A stretch of 60,817 nt of DNA, filler included, from Dimargaris cristalligena (Eukaryota), in the NCBI GenBank assembly GCA_003614675.1. It is 2 parts of 2 records of this genome, joined end to end, with 100 filler letters (N's around TTAATTAATTAA, not from the genome) between each part and the next. Parts side by side here need not be neighbours in the genome. Positions count along the whole stretch, not along the records: positions 30,472 to 60,817 come from ML002461.1; 1 more part is not named here. The stretch is one strand, 5' to 3'. The notes under the pieces are model-generated. The model was not told the origin of the DNA. It made no database searches and saw nothing but the letters and a program-made list of their open reading frames with translations. The position numbers and the translations under genes are program-made. Below are positions 46,374-58,919 of the stretch, piece after piece. Position 1 is the first letter of the stretch. The number at the start of each line of letters is the position of its first letter.

Positions 46374-48566
46374 ATGGACCCTTCGTACTCTACCCTCATT
46401 GACGAGCTCTACCAGCAGGTCCGCTCCGCCCCTACCATTACCGCTGCCTGCTTCCTCCCTTCTCCAAACACCAGCCCAAAGTGCCTCAACCTCAGTGTAA
46501 CCACCAGCCAGGCCGACCCGCGCCGTAAGGCCCAGCGCACCGTGGTCCACCAGCAAGTTATTCAGGTGACTCCCGAGGACCCCTCCAACCACTTCACTCG
46601 CCTGGCCACCACGGCTCCCGTCGAGCTGACCCAAGTCAGTCTGCAGCAGTGGTCACCCTCACGTACCAAACTTGCCGTGCTCCGGGTCGCTCCCGGGGAC
46701 TCCGACGGCGGTAAGCCCAAGCGCTATGTCGAAGTCTGGCAGGGAGTGACCCTCGTGACCAACGTGGAGGTCACTAAAACCCACGGTGATTTCTACACGA
46801 ACGATACGTTCGCCCAATTGAGCTGGGCCCGCGGCGAAGACCAGCTGGTTTACATTGCCGAGGCCAGCACCGACGAGAATGATACGACTAAATTCGATTA
46901 CATTCCCGACTGGGGCGAGCGCTTCACCGGCTACACTTCCCCCACCATCGTGGTGGTGGATCTGGCGGCCAAGTCCGCGCGAACCGTGCCCCTCGATCCC
47001 CACGAGCTTAGCCCCGGCCAGGTGCTGTTTGGACCCAATGCCACTTCGCTGGTTTTCAGCGGCTACAAGCGCTGCCCCCAGCCCCTGGGGGTGGTCTACT
47101 GCTTTAACCGGCCCATTAGTATTTACCAAATGGACCTCCAAGGCCACAACCTGGAGCGCCTTACTCCCACCGACCAGTCTTGTCGATCCCCCCGCCTCGC
47201 TAAGGATGGGTCCCGTCTTCTTTACCTCACCAATGTGCTGGGGGGTCCCCATAACTCCTGCACGAGCCTGGCCGAGTACCGCTGGGCCGACCGTTCGGTG
47301 CGGGACGTGGTTCCCACTTCCATGGATTTTGCCAGCAACCCGGATGGCTTCCCGGGGCTTTATCTGAATCTGTTGCTCGATTCCCCGTGGCTCTCGGATA
47401 AGTCCAACGATGACTATGTCGTGTGTGCATCCAACTGGGGCAGTCGGTCCACCGTGCTTTTGATCCACACCTTTACCGGCGTAGTTCGCAATTTGACCCC
47501 TGATGTCTCAGCGGGGTCCTGGGCGGTCCTGGATACCTACCAGAACATGATCTTAGCTGCGCGTAGCACCCCTAACCAGCCACGCACACTCCACCTCGCA
47601 GTGGTGGACCCTCAACGACCGGACGCCCCCGTGAACTTCCAACCGCTCCCTAGCGAGCCCTCCCCGCTGGACTTTGAGTCCGTAATGAGCTGGGACGTTG
47701 TCCGTTTCCCCGAACGTCTTTCCTGCCTCGAGGCCCTTTTGATCACCCCCCGTGTGGACGTCAGTTCGACCAGAACCGGCCCGCTGGCCCAATGTGTACG
47801 CACCTGGCGTGAACGGACCGGATTCACCAAGGCCCCTTTGATCGTGTTTCCCCACGGCGGCCCCCACTCGGTATCCACGACGGATTTCACTTGGCTCGTA
47901 GCCGCCTACGCCTTGGCCGGTTTCGCCACTCTCTTTACCAACTACCGCGGCTCGTTAGGCTTCGGCCAGACACATGTAGAGAGCCTAGTGGGTCGCATTG
48001 GGGAGGTGGAGGTGGAGGATGTTCAGTACATGGCCGAGGCCGTGCTCCGCCAACACGCGGACCAGTTGGACGACCAGCGGGTCTTTTATTTCGGTGGCTC
48101 GCACGGGGGCTTCATCGGGGCCCACGTTTCGGGGCGTTACCCCGATTTCTACCGCGCGGTGGTACTGCGCAATCCCGTCATCAACGTCGGGGCCATGGCG
48201 GCCACCACCGATATCCCCGACTGGTGTGCCGTGGAAAGTGGTTTCACCTATTCGTACGATGGCTACAATATGATCCACCCCGACCGGTTCCGGGCCATGT
48301 TCGAAAAATCCCCCATTCGGGCGGCGGATCAGGTAAAGGCCGCCACCCTCCTTCTGATTGGGGAAGGCGACCGACGTGTGCCTCCTACCGATGGCAAGGC
48401 GTGGTTCGCTGCCCTTCGCGGCCGCCAGGACCCCAACTTAGTGGTGGATATGAAATGCTACCCCAAGGTTGGGCATGCTCTGGATACAGTGGAGGTGGAA
48501 GGGTCCAACTTTTTCCATACCATGCGTTTCTTCATGGTGCAGGGATTCGGAATCCAATGGGAATGA
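46374..48566 (+). CDS. APEH: Acylamino-acid-releasing enzyme (acylpeptide hydrolase, peptidase S9C)
   Basis: PHGGPHS, NYRGSLGFG, catalytic GGSHGG, RNPVIN, TDIPDW, D-R-R-V-P and GHAL motifs; first ATG at 46374. Confidence 0.92.
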   Translation: MDPSYSTLIDELYQQVRSAPTITAACFLPSPNTSPKCLNLSVTTSQADPRRKAQRTVVHQQVIQVTPEDPSNHFTRLATTAPVELTQVSLQQWSPSRTKLAVLRVAPGDSDGGKPKRYVEVWQGVTLVTNVEVTKTHGDFYTNDTFAQLSWARGEDQLVYIAEASTDENDTTKFDYIPDWGERFTGYTSPTIVVVDLAAKSARTVPLDPHELSPGQVLFGPNATSLVFSGYKRCPQPLGVVYCFNRPISIYQMDLQGHNLERLTPTDQSCRSPRLAKDGSRLLYLTNVLGGPHNSCTSLAEYRWADRSVRDVVPTSMDFASNPDGFPGLYLNLLLDSPWLSDKSNDDYVVCASNWGSRSTVLLIHTFTGVVRNLTPDVSAGSWAVLDTYQNMILAARSTPNQPRTLHLAVVDPQRPDAPVNFQPLPSEPSPLDFESVMSWDVVRFPERLSCLEALLITPRVDVSSTRTGPLAQCVRTWRERTGFTKAPLIVFPHGGPHSVSTTDFTWLVAAYALAGFATLFTNYRGSLGFGQTHVESLVGRIGEVEVEDVQYMAEAVLRQHADQLDDQRVFYFGGSHGGFIGAHVSGRYPDFYRAVVLRNPVINVGAMAATTDIPDWCAVESGFTYSYDGYNMIHPDRFRAMFEKSPIRAADQVKAATLLLIGEGDRRVPPTDGKAWFAALRGRQDPNLVVDMKCYPKVGHALDTVEVEGSNFFHTMRFFMVQGFGIQWE

Positions 48567-49043
48567 GCACCGTGGTTGTAATCATTGCTTAATTCTTTTT
48601 ACTATTATTATTATTCGGACAATTATCCGATTACTGATTAACTTTTCTTAAATTACATTCCTCCAGTTGGTCAACTTTGGGTATCATTGTATTCATAAAG
48701 TGAGTCGACTACAGAGTTGCTAACATGGGGCAATTTCCCCAAACGAACTCTTTGGGATACCTTTCAACCAGGTACTATTGAGACCTGAACCTGGGTCTGT
48801 GCTTTTGACCAGTCTCACATTCGTATAGCAAACTCCCGCCCCACTATAAATCGCATTGATTGCATTTAATTCCCAATATAATGGCATACAGACTTCATGT
48901 GGTAAGGTAATATTGCTACAATGGGTTATATAAATATAGAAAGTATGAGAAACAGAGTCTTGCCGAACGAACAAATTGCATGATTGATATTAGGGATCAG
49001 TGGGGGTTCCCGGCCCCGTTATTAGGCGGGGAAAAATCTGGAG

Positions 49044-50987
49044 TCAAAAGAGCAATCGGTATGTAGTCGCCGAGCCACCGTAAGCCCGCCAGAGCCGGTA
49101 GGACCATGGTCCCGCGACCGCCGCTAGGCCAATTAGTAACGACACAGTGACTAGGCGCCGGACTGTGGGGTCATTGATCAGTTTTCCCCCGCGCGAAGCG
49201 CTCGGTGCCGAAACACTCGGGTCCATCGCTGCTTTAAGCAGTACATCAAAGACATGGGTGTGGCTCGAGGCCCCCGATGGCCGGCAGTCCATACCCAGAG
49301 GTGATACCAGGCCCACATGTCGACAGTACTTGGCCGGGTCATTTCCAGTTGGGTATGTAGCAGTAGACTGGTCCGAGTGGGTCTGTATCAAAAGCTGGGG
49401 GAAGTCATTTAAATCGTACTGCTCCCTGAGCCGCCGGAGAAACCGGAAGGACGATGCACTGGTACCGTCATAGACCAGGCCGAGGACATCGTACCGGGCT
49501 AGTTTACGTCGGCTGCGCAATAAGGAAATCAAGTCGGGATGGCCCTCGGGGAAAGCTTCCAAGATGAGGTATTTTTCGACCCCAGTGGGTGTGGAAACTA
49601 AACGAACCGCTGTCCGCGGAGAAAATGTATCGTTGGTCTTTTCCAGCAAGCCATCGTCCAAAGGCTTACCTACAAAAGCCCGGAGCATGGCCTGCTTGCC
49701 GGCGCCCGGGGCTCCAATCAGAAGTGCGCGGTAGATGACGCGATTTGGTTTGACCCGTAGGAAGCCGGTTGCCGATCGGGCCTTGACGGTTTGTAGACCG
49801 GTCCGGCTGTCAGAGTCGGGGTAGCCCAGATAGGCCAGATAAGAGAGCACCGTATCCGGATCCAAGTGGGCCGTCATATGCCACTGGGCCAGGAAGCTAG
49901 CCAAGGGTACAGCATCGTTGACGGTTACTACCGCATCGGGGAACTCGGGTGAGGGCCAAGGAGGGCTAGGGGCCACCTGGAAGAACCGTTCCATTTCGGT
50001 TGCATTCAGGGCCCCGTCCCCGTCCTGATCAAATGCCTTGAAACGCTGGGTCAAGAAGTCCCGGCCCGCGGGGCTGAGTTCTGTTCGGCAATCTGACGGT
50101 ACATCCCACGTTGGGAACAAAAAGTCTTCGCGGAGCTCTAACTTAGTGTCGTATCCAAATACCCGCAGGACCCGCCAGGTGGTTTCCGACCGGCCCCGCT
50201 CGATGAACCGGCGGTGTAGAAACAGGAACCCCGCCGGGGTCAAACCAACATCCGAGATACCTTCGGGAAAATGCACTTGTAGGGTGGACCGGAGCGAAGC
50301 CAGCTCCAGGGGGTGGAGGGGGGCGCCGAAGCAGCGGGTCTGGAACGCATTCAGTTCCTGGTCATCCAATAGCCCATCGTGGTTGTCATCGCACAGTTGG
50401 AAGATGCGCTCCAGGGCCCCGGTGGCGGCTTGGCGGATGGACCCGTCCCGCCGGTCCCACAGTACGGAGGTAGGGTATAGAACGGCCTTTTGAGCGAGGT
50501 AGAATACTTCGGTTACCTGGGCCGGCTGTTTGGCGGAGCACTTGACGGCGGCTTCGACAGATTCCCACTCGGCCCAGGGTACCGCCGGTTCCTCAGAGTC
50601 TTTCTCGTCGGAAATTGGCGTGTCGGCGACCAGGTCCTGCTTATTGCCAATCACCAGAACCGGTATCCGGGTGCCGAAGGACTTGAGGTAGGGCAGCCAA
50701 AAGTCAGTCACCCGTTGGGCACTCTCGGGTTGGTCCAGGGCATAGACCACTCCCACGGCATGGGCCTTGCGGATTTCCACGGCCAGTTGGTGCCGATGGG
50801 CCTCTTCGGGGGACGAATCAATTAAGTGGGTGGTCACACTCTCAGAAGTGAGTTCTGGTGGAATGGTGATTTCGGGAACGACGGGCTGGACCTCAGGAAC
50901 GAAGTCCTCTTTAATGAGAGTGGCAATCAGGGTGCTCTTACCCACGCCGGAGTCACCGACGAGTAAGATGCGAATGTCACCCGGCAT
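49044..50987 (-). CDS. GEM1: Mitochondrial Rho GTPase (Miro)
   Basis: GDSGVGKST P-loop, two EF-hands (DDNHDGLLDDQE, DQDGDGALNATE), GRSETTWRVLRVFGY, a second GTPase domain and a C-terminal TM anchor. Confidence 0.95.
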   Translation of the reverse strand: MPGDIRILLVGDSGVGKSTLIATLIKEDFVPEVQPVVPEITIPPELTSESVTTHLIDSSPEEAHRHQLAVEIRKAHAVGVVYALDQPESAQRVTDFWLPYLKSFGTRIPVLVIGNKQDLVADTPISDEKDSEEPAVPWAEWESVEAAVKCSAKQPAQVTEVFYLAQKAVLYPTSVLWDRRDGSIRQAATGALERIFQLCDDNHDGLLDDQELNAFQTRCFGAPLHPLELASLRSTLQVHFPEGISDVGLTPAGFLFLHRRFIERGRSETTWRVLRVFGYDTKLELREDFLFPTWDVPSDCRTELSPAGRDFLTQRFKAFDQDGDGALNATEMERFFQVAPSPPWPSPEFPDAVVTVNDAVPLASFLAQWHMTAHLDPDTVLSYLAYLGYPDSDSRTGLQTVKARSATGFLRVKPNRVIYRALLIGAPGAGKQAMLRAFVGKPLDDGLLEKTNDTFSPRTAVRLVSTPTGVEKYLILEAFPEGHPDLISLLRSRRKLARYDVLGLVYDGTSASSFRFLRRLREQYDLNDFPQLLIQTHSDQSTATYPTGNDPAKYCRHVGLVSPLGMDCRPSGASSHTHVFDVLLKAAMDPSVSAPSASRGGKLINDPTVRRLVTVSLLIGLAAVAGPWSYRLWRAYGGSATTYRLLF

Positions 50988-51514
50988 TGCGGTGCGAAGA
51001 AACGAATATAGGGATAAAGGGGCAGACGGGTCCCAGGGAGGCGTTATGGGTATACGAGGCCAGCCAGTGTCGAATGAAGAACAAGTGGATACAATCGAAG
51101 GGAAACGGATGCTGATTAGTAGTTGGGAGAGTTTGACCGGTGAAGTTGCTGGCCAGTCTTGGCAATGGGGGTGAATTGGCCTTGCGCAATACGCAGATAT
51201 CCCCTCCCCTTCCCACCCTTCAACTGTCCAAAATCAACCACGACATTCCAACATAGTAGGCCAGTTGTACATGGCCTGAGACGGAGTGGTATACAAGCAA
51301 CCCAGTTCCTTTTAGTCAATTTTCTACTTTACTTCACCTTTGGACCCATGCATAGTCTCCTCGTGTCTACTTAACCGTTCTGGCCGCTGCCTTTGAGTGC
51401 TCCACCCCCATCACTGCCGGACTATTCAACGACCCCCCCACCTTTTAGTTTTCCTTCGTTTTCCTCCGGGCTAAAGTCCCCCACTGCCACAGATTCCCAG
51501 CCTCTTAAATACGC

Positions 51515-53686
51515 ATGCGCTACCTCCAATGGGCTCTATTGGCCACCAGCGGCTGGCTGACTGGTGCTCTGGCCAGCGAGGTCGGCTCAATGACGAACTC
51601 CACTAGCACTGAAATAGAAACCGCCCCTCCGGTCAAGGCGGCTACTGACTACCCATCGGCAACCGCATCTCGAGACCCAAGTGCCGAGTCCTCCACCAGT
51701 TTGGTAGCTAGCCTCATAGCAACCGGCTCAGACGTAGACGAGAGCCTGGTTGGACACACGGCTGACCACGCGATCGAACCGTCTTTAGGAGCCGATGGCT
51801 ATTCCACCGGGCTACCTTCCTTTGAGGAGTGGCGTAAACAGGCCCACTCAGTCGGCACCGACCCCTCGGTGGTCCCCTCGTCGCCCAGCTGCGACCCCGC
51901 GATCGAATCCAGCTGTGAACCCATCCAGGCCGAGGCGGTGGCCCCTCTCGTTCCCGGAATCCCGGCCACTACCACAGCGTCCACCGTCTCTGCGACCCAT
52001 TCCCCCGCCCGAGAAACCAAGTCCCCTGCGGATACCATCATCCGCCCCGGTACCGCCAGCGATCTAACGGAAGTCAAAGGTCGATTTAACCACGCCTCTG
52101 TGGACTGTGCCGCCGTGGTGATAAAAGCCAACCCGGAGGCCAAGGGCTCGTCGGCCATCTTGACCAATAGCAAGGAGAAATATATGCTCAATCCATGTTC
52201 CGCTTCCCGATTTGTAATCATTGAGCTGTGCGACGATATTTTAATTGATGCCATTGCCATCGCCAACTTCGAGTTCTTTTCCTCGACGTTCAAGGAGTTT
52301 ACGGTGCAGGTGACCGATCGCTACCCCCCCAAGCATAACCAATGGAAGCCTTTGGGCCGGTTTCAAGCCAAGAACTCCCGCGAGACTCAAATTTTCCTTG
52401 TCCGCGACCCCATCATGTGGACCCGATTTATTCGTATCGATTTTGTGACCCACTACGGCAGCGAGTACTACTGCCCGGTTAGCATGGTCCGGGTCTACGG
52501 TAACACCATAATGGAACAGTATAAGAAAGAGGAGGAAGACTTAGTCGCGGGTATTGACGAACCACTGGACTCCCTGTTACCCGCCTCGCGGCCGGATCCG
52601 CAACCCAAGCCCTGGATTGACCCACCTCCACCTCCACCGCCGGCCACAACTGCCGCCGCCCCGAAAACTGCCAGCCATCTGGACCCCTCGCAGACCCTCA
52701 AGTCCTATTGGGACCGCTTGGATAGCATCATGAATGACGATGGGCCCACGAGCGACGTGTTCGCGGAGCGACCGGAGCTAAATATGCCCATCTCGGCGTC
52801 GCTACCCCGAATGCCCTTTGACCAACCGGTTTCGGAAGGGTCCACCCCAGCGTCCGGTGGGGACGCGGAAGATTCCATTCCCGAATCGGGATTCGATTCC
52901 TTCCCGGACGGGCTGACTCCGCCGATTGAGGGCGGGGATCCGTTGGATATAGACGGTGAAGCTGAATCCACTCGCTCGGAAATGGACCCGGAGGAGGGCG
53001 AATCTACGACCACCTCCACGCCCACCTACCGGCCACCGCCATCCTCCGGGGGCACCCAGGAGAGTATCTTTAAAACAATCATGAAGCGGCTGGGTTGGTT
53101 GGACCGTAACCTCACCCTAACCTACCAGTACCTCGAACAACAGAGCCACGCCATTAACGATGTTTTAACTAAAATTGACTACTCCCACCACCAGCAACTC
53201 CAGCAGGCATTTTCCTACCTCAATTCCACAACCACGAAACAGATTCAGGCGCTGGTAAGTTGGCTATCCATTCCCAGGCCTTTATATATATATACACCCG
53301 CCACGGTTTGCTGTTCAAACGCATGTTGATAATTCTAGTGCCAAAGGGTTTGTTGTACTCTGTTCCTTGCAGGAAACAGACTAACCAGCTGACCCACGCC
53401 ATCCCACCTTTACTTTTACTTAAACCCACCTATATAGAAAATCACCTGTGAAGAGATTTGGAAGGCCATTATCTTTGACGTGGAGGATTACGAACACAAA
53501 AGCCGCAAGGAAATTGAGGATATCCACACCCGGTTACACTACCTTACCCAGGAACTGATTTTTGAGAAGCGGATGCGAATTGCTCAACTTATCTTACTGC
53601 TGGTTGTGATTTTGGTGATTGGGCTGAGTAAGGCCCTTAAAGTGGTTGCTCCCCCCGCCCTTCCGGAGGATAAGAAGGATAAATAG
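51515..53686 (+). CDS. SLP1: SUN-domain ER membrane protein (Slp1/SUCO-like); exons 51515-53254, 53438-53686
   Basis: Signal peptide; SFEEW; RFNHASVDCAA...KYMLNPC...ANFEFFSS...HYGSEYYCPVSMVRVYG; QESIFKTIMKRL; in-frame GT-AG intron 53255-53437; C-terminal TM. Confidence 0.9.
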
Positions 53687-54082
53687 GTGTTAGTGAACGG
53701 CTGTTTTATATGATCAGTAACCGCTCCAACATTCCTTGTCTGTATATTTCATAAACATTTTATATTTCCCGCTAATAATCGGATAATAGTGTTAATAGCT
53801 ATGCAGGGCCTTAAACAATCTAGTGCTAAATTTAAGGTGGTGGTAAAGGTAGTAGGGGTATCCCAGCGCTTTGATAACCCATAGCTGGGACATATGACCT
53901 CCCATTCAAAAACCGCCTCGGGGTCGCCAATTGGCTTACATACCACTCTATTCCACTTCTTTGTTCTTCTTGTCCATTTCATTCCAACATTGACACCCTC
54001 AGTAGTTTAGTACAAGGTCAAGATTCCTTTGGTTCTCCGTCAGACTTACCCACTTGACCAAATCGGTATATAGCATAGCACC

Positions 54083-55160
54083 ATGCGGCCCGATGCTTAC
54101 AAGAAAAAAGCAACTCGTAAACACAAAGCCAAACTAAAGCAACGTGGGGAGACTCCTACCACCAGCGCCAAGACTCCAGCAGGTACCTCTTCGTCCAAAC
54201 GAACGGCCCGTGCCCAGGTGCCCACGGAACCGCCAAAACCCAGCGATGCGAACCAAGCGGAGAGTGACTCGGAAGATTCCCCTCGACCTTCGTTCTCCCG
54301 CCGGGCCGTCGTCAGTAATGCCTTCCGGTACGAGGGTCTGTCAGATAGCGGCGGTGAAGAGGAGGGCACTGGGTCTGAAACCGAAGCAGCCCCGACTGTA
54401 GCTGCCCAAGGCCCCAGGAAGACAGTCCCTTCCCAAGACAGTCGGACAGAAACCCGGAGATTAAAGGCACACGAAGCAGCCCGGAAGGGCTCAGCTTCCA
54501 CTAATAATCCTCCCGCCTCTAAGTATCAAGATTCACCCAGGACCACGCCCAATGTGAATCCGCGGAATAAAGTCCCGGACCTCTTCCAGCGAACCCAGGG
54601 ACTAAGTCTTAACGCCAGAAACCGTAATAACGCGGACAAGTCCGATCCTAACCCCAACTCCAGGCAGCCGGCCCCATCGCCTCAGCTCGCTAATACCAAC
54701 AGGCCCCTTCGTGGTATTTCGTCAGCAAACAGGTCGTCCACCGAGCCATCACCATTTAATAGCATGCCAGCGAAGGCTGCATTGAAAGGTAAGTTGCATT
54801 CACCACTGTTGCCGAGTTTTTTACTAATAGTTTGTTTGGTTTTAGCAATATTGGATTCGCCCTAACTATTATGCACCTAACTATAGTGATGGCTCTCTTC
54901 AATTTTTTCATACTCATGCTTTAACTGTAGAAACCCCCCCTGCTTACCCGGCGGCACACGCCTCCCCAGCCGTGCAGGTTTCGACGCCTGTAGCCCCACT
55001 CTCCGCCAGCCAGCCCGCTACACCAAGCGATGCATTACCTAGTGTATCCAGCGGATCAGGCCACCACCAAGTCACTCCAATGTCAAACGTGCAGCCTAGT
55101 GGGCCCCTTATAACTGATGTTGATGATCTGGAATCCTGGCTAGACGATGTTTTGGGCTAG
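54083..55160 (+). CDS. Aven-like low-complexity protein; exons 54083-54788, 54931-55160
   Basis: Intron GTAAGT...TAG (54789-54930) joins the two ORFs in frame. FSRRAVVSNAFRY and the terminal DDLESWLDDVLG resemble the two conserved Aven blocks as I recall them. Confidence 0.6.
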
Positions 55161-55631
55161 CTAGATAACGGAACATCAGCGGAAATAGTCCCTCACTATT
55201 TTACATTTCGGCAATTTAACTATAAATCCCAGAAACCTCACGCCAATGGTGAATTACCATCGCATGCACCACATTCATGGTTTTCTATGGTTCGGGTCAT
55301 TTCACATCTCTCGTTCGCCATATATATCTAACTCTTGGCTTAGCGGAGTAGTAGTTAGAAGCCTGATTATTGCTTGTTTCTAAAAATAACATTGTATCAT
55401 TCCCGAAATGGTGGAGGCTTCAGACGGCTTTACATTAGGGATTGGTCCTACTAGAAGATTGGAGTTTAGGGGCGATGTATGGCCCGGAAATTTATTGAAC
55501 AAGTAATTGGCATGATAAATTTTAGCCCTGCCTGAGCATATTCTGACCTGTTTTGGCGCTTATTTAGTTCTAAAGGGATCCGCACGGATGGCCTTCGGAC
55601 ATTTTTGATTATGTAAAAACAAATAGCAAAT

Positions 55632-56618
55632 TTAAAAAGGGCGGAAGTTCCGGATATTTTTGAAATCGTTGATTCGCTGCTTATCGGCCTCAAACTTGGC
55701 TCGAAGGTCCGCAAGCTCGTTTTTCTTGGCCTCCCGTTGCTGGAAGCGGTAGAAATCGACAACATTATGGTCGCGGGTCTGCAATTTTTGGGCGGAACGA
55801 TAGTCCACTGAATTGACATTAATCAGGGATTTACCCACATAGGTGGAGCGCAGCCGCTTGCCCACAAGCTGGAAACCGTCGTCATCTTCCGTCACCGCCA
55901 GATGTTTCTGGACGCGGCGGCGGGCCGCCTCCGTTTGCTGTTGCCGGGCCAAGTATTTCTCGGCCTGGGCCTGTAGGATTTCAGGCTCGGCCCGGGCCGC
56001 CCGGAATTGAGCTAAGTAGCGGGATAATCCGCGATGGGCGACACCGTCGGATTTAGTCGAGGCGGGAAGCCATTCTCGTGGTTGGGACGGGCTGTCGGTC
56101 TCTTCAGCGGCACTGCGCACAAACGCGGCCAAATCTTCGGCCCGGGCAAACACAATCTGGGCCGAGGCTCCACTGGCCAACAGTGACTGTAGCTTGGGAG
56201 TGGGAGCACGGTCGGTGACCCAGAATTGGTTCAATCGGCTCAAATCGGTTTCTTTGTGAAGGGCCGAAATCAGAGGGGTACCCCAATCCATCTCTAGCAA
56301 AGCCGGGTGGGCTTGGGCCAGGGCCAGATCATCGATGCTACCGTCTTCGAGATATACCCGTTCTAGCTCACCCCACTCGCTAAAAATACGCCGGATATGC
56401 TCCTCCTGGGAATCCGTGGGCAAATTGGTTACGAAAAGTGTGCGGCCTTTGGGATGTTCGGGGGTCGAGGCCAGGTATTTGTCGGCGTTACTTGCCGATC
56501 CTTGCCGTGCCGTGGGGCGAGCGTATAGGTAATGCAGCCCGGTCGAGGCGGAGCCGGGCATCTGAATGGGGACGGCGATAAAGCGGCCATTGGTGAATGG
56601 CTTAAATTCGGTAGGCAT
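55632..56618 (-). CDS. RRP7: Ribosomal RNA-processing protein 7
   Basis: N-terminal RRM-like RTLFVTNLP; DDDGFQLV; C-terminal DFYRFQQREAKKNELADLRAKFEADKQRI...RNFRPF; ATG at 56618. Confidence 0.92.
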   Translation of the reverse strand: MPTEFKPFTNGRFIAVPIQMPGSASTGLHYLYARPTARQGSASNADKYLASTPEHPKGRTLFVTNLPTDSQEEHIRRIFSEWGELERVYLEDGSIDDLALAQAHPALLEMDWGTPLISALHKETDLSRLNQFWVTDRAPTPKLQSLLASGASAQIVFARAEDLAAFVRSAAEETDSPSQPREWLPASTKSDGVAHRGLSRYLAQFRAARAEPEILQAQAEKYLARQQQTEAARRRVQKHLAVTEDDDGFQLVGKRLRSTYVGKSLINVNSVDYRSAQKLQTRDHNVVDFYRFQQREAKKNELADLRAKFEADKQRINDFKNIRNFRPF

Positions 56619-57018
56619 GGTGAGGTAGACTTTGCACAAAATGGGTGGTTTAAAGGTGGCAGTCTCAAATAGAGATTTCGAAAATATATGATAATAAGAG
56701 TCTGCTATAATAAGGGACTTGTCAGGCGGAAACTAGGCGATTCCAAGCCCACTTTTTCGACACCTTTCGTCTGTGTCGATGTGATTTTTTTTATTTGGGC
56801 TGGCTGGCTGGATGGTGAACACTTAATTGCACCTATATTAAATATACTACCACCTAATGTCTCCGCCAACATTCACAAGGAGTTCTGCCCACCCATTTAG
56901 AGGCAAACCGATATGGCTTAAAGGTCACGTGCCCTTGTAAGACTAATCCAACCTCTCAGCTTTGGCATTTAAATGATCACCATAAAATAAAGTGTGGAAT
57001 GTCTCCCCTACAAGTAGA

Positions 57019-57298
57019 TATGGGAGAAGTTCATCCAAGCTGTATAACGAAAAATCCATTAGATGGGGCCAACATTACTGGTTAAAATGGCTACTCCCGC
57101 ATACTATCCCATACACAAATCATGTAAAACTATATATAGCTGGCTTGAATTTCACCCATATGTAAAAGGTTCAACCAGGCTGTATAACGAAATACCCAAT
57201 AGATGGGGCAAATTTTACTGGTCAAAAATGAATCACCTACCTATTTTCCTATACACATACCACTTAACGTTATACAGTTGGCCCGCATTTCACCCATA
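57019..57298 (-). repeat. Two tandem copies (period 140 bp) of the dispersed repeat
   Basis: TGTATAACGAAA...AGATGGGGC...TTACTGGT recurs at 57041 and 57181; both units end in TTTCACCCATA. Confidence 0.8.
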
Positions 57299-58919
57299 CT
57301 CTATTCAAAAGATGATATACTATCGCGTTATTAATGTATTCATTCGACAGTTTAGATGCCACTATGTCCCACTCCGATCATGTTTCTTCTAACACAGCCA
57401 AGATCCCTCTCACTATCGTCCAGAATATGCCTTTTTGATGCCAGGATATTCCATGAAAAAATATGCGGCCCCCAGCCATACCCCCAAGCCTAGTGCCATG
57501 AGAGCGGTAATACAGTTGCATGTCCATTAGTTCTATAAACCCACCATTAAACCTGACTTTGATTATGCTGGTCCTGTTATGCCTGACTCCATTTCACACT
57601 TTCTTAACTGCTAGTATAGAGCGATATTACTTTGGTATAGGTCTTAAAAAGCGAAATAGTCCCTAGTCCCGCGGCCCTTAATGGTTCTTTCCCCCGGCTT
57701 ACTCACTTGGATAATGGGCCACTTGGGCCGTGGGGTTAAACGCCCTTGCAGATATCTGCATCACAAAGTCCTACAATATACTCCAGCGATATGGCTGGGT
57801 CAAGCTGTCTCCATTCTCTATTGTGATTAGGGATGCCATGTATTAATTTCCACCAGTCGGATGTATGGAAATTACCAAGGACATGATGCGCCTCTAAGGG
57901 ACAAATAGCACTTGTATCCGGACACCCCCCTATGCGGGAGCCTTGGCCCGATGTGTTCGACCAGTTATATTGGCCGGGGCCCGAACACTGCCCTAGCTAT
58001 TCAAATAATTAATACATTTAGACGTTTAAAGTAAAGAGGTAGAAATAATAGCCGAGATATTGCCAAGACTTTGAGGATGGAAGCTTGGGTATTGAGACAA
58101 TAGCTCTAATTCATCATTTCCACTACCATACTTGGAGCCGTGGAGGAATTTACGAAAAATCTCCGTATGTTCACAGTATGATAGTCATGGAAAGTAGCCT
58201 ATGCATTTGGGCTAGCCATTACATCTTCCTTGACAATCACGGTGGTTGGTTTAGCCGATAGGTTAGGGACGCCAAGAGTGCAAATCCGAATCCCCCACAC
58301 CGGCCCCACTTTGTATTATTTTACCCCAAAATGTATTTTTTGGAAATATAAATTCGGTCCCTACATAAGTTTGCCCAGAGGGCCAAGGTGGCCAATCGTA
58401 TGTGGAACGCCCTATGATCTTCGACGCCTCTTTGAAGCTCGGTGTATTATAGACCCAGCTACTAATGTAAATAGGCGGATATCTGTGAATGACCAATGGT
58501 TTACTCGCCACCTTTTCGGTATGGAATAGCTCCTTTCCTGTTTTATTTATTGAAACACGGATGTAATGGTTGGGGGGAAGGAACCACTCGAGCAGTAGGA
58601 CTCTCCGTTAACATTTCCCGGCTAAAAGTAATCAACCATGGACCACAAGAGTGTCAGCACCATGAATATCAGGGTCACCAGGGTCCGGCAAAATGTAGAT
58701 ACGCCAGTCTACCATGAGGTCATCAATGCCCATCGTTAAACCTGCCCCCCCCATCAGCTCCACTATAAATACCGGCCGCCTTGGCGCATTAATGAAACTA
58801 ATATCCTCAGCTCCTTCACTTCCAACGTCGAACTCTTCCCTTTACTACTGCTGTAGCCCAACCAACCGATTTGCCAACTGCAATTCCGACTCCACCCCAC
58901 CCCCTTGTATCAGTTTAAA

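Noticed and set aside
57019-57298. CRISPR-like array
   Set aside because: Only two degenerate 140-bp units with no repeat-spacer structure, in a eukaryotic context with no cas genes.
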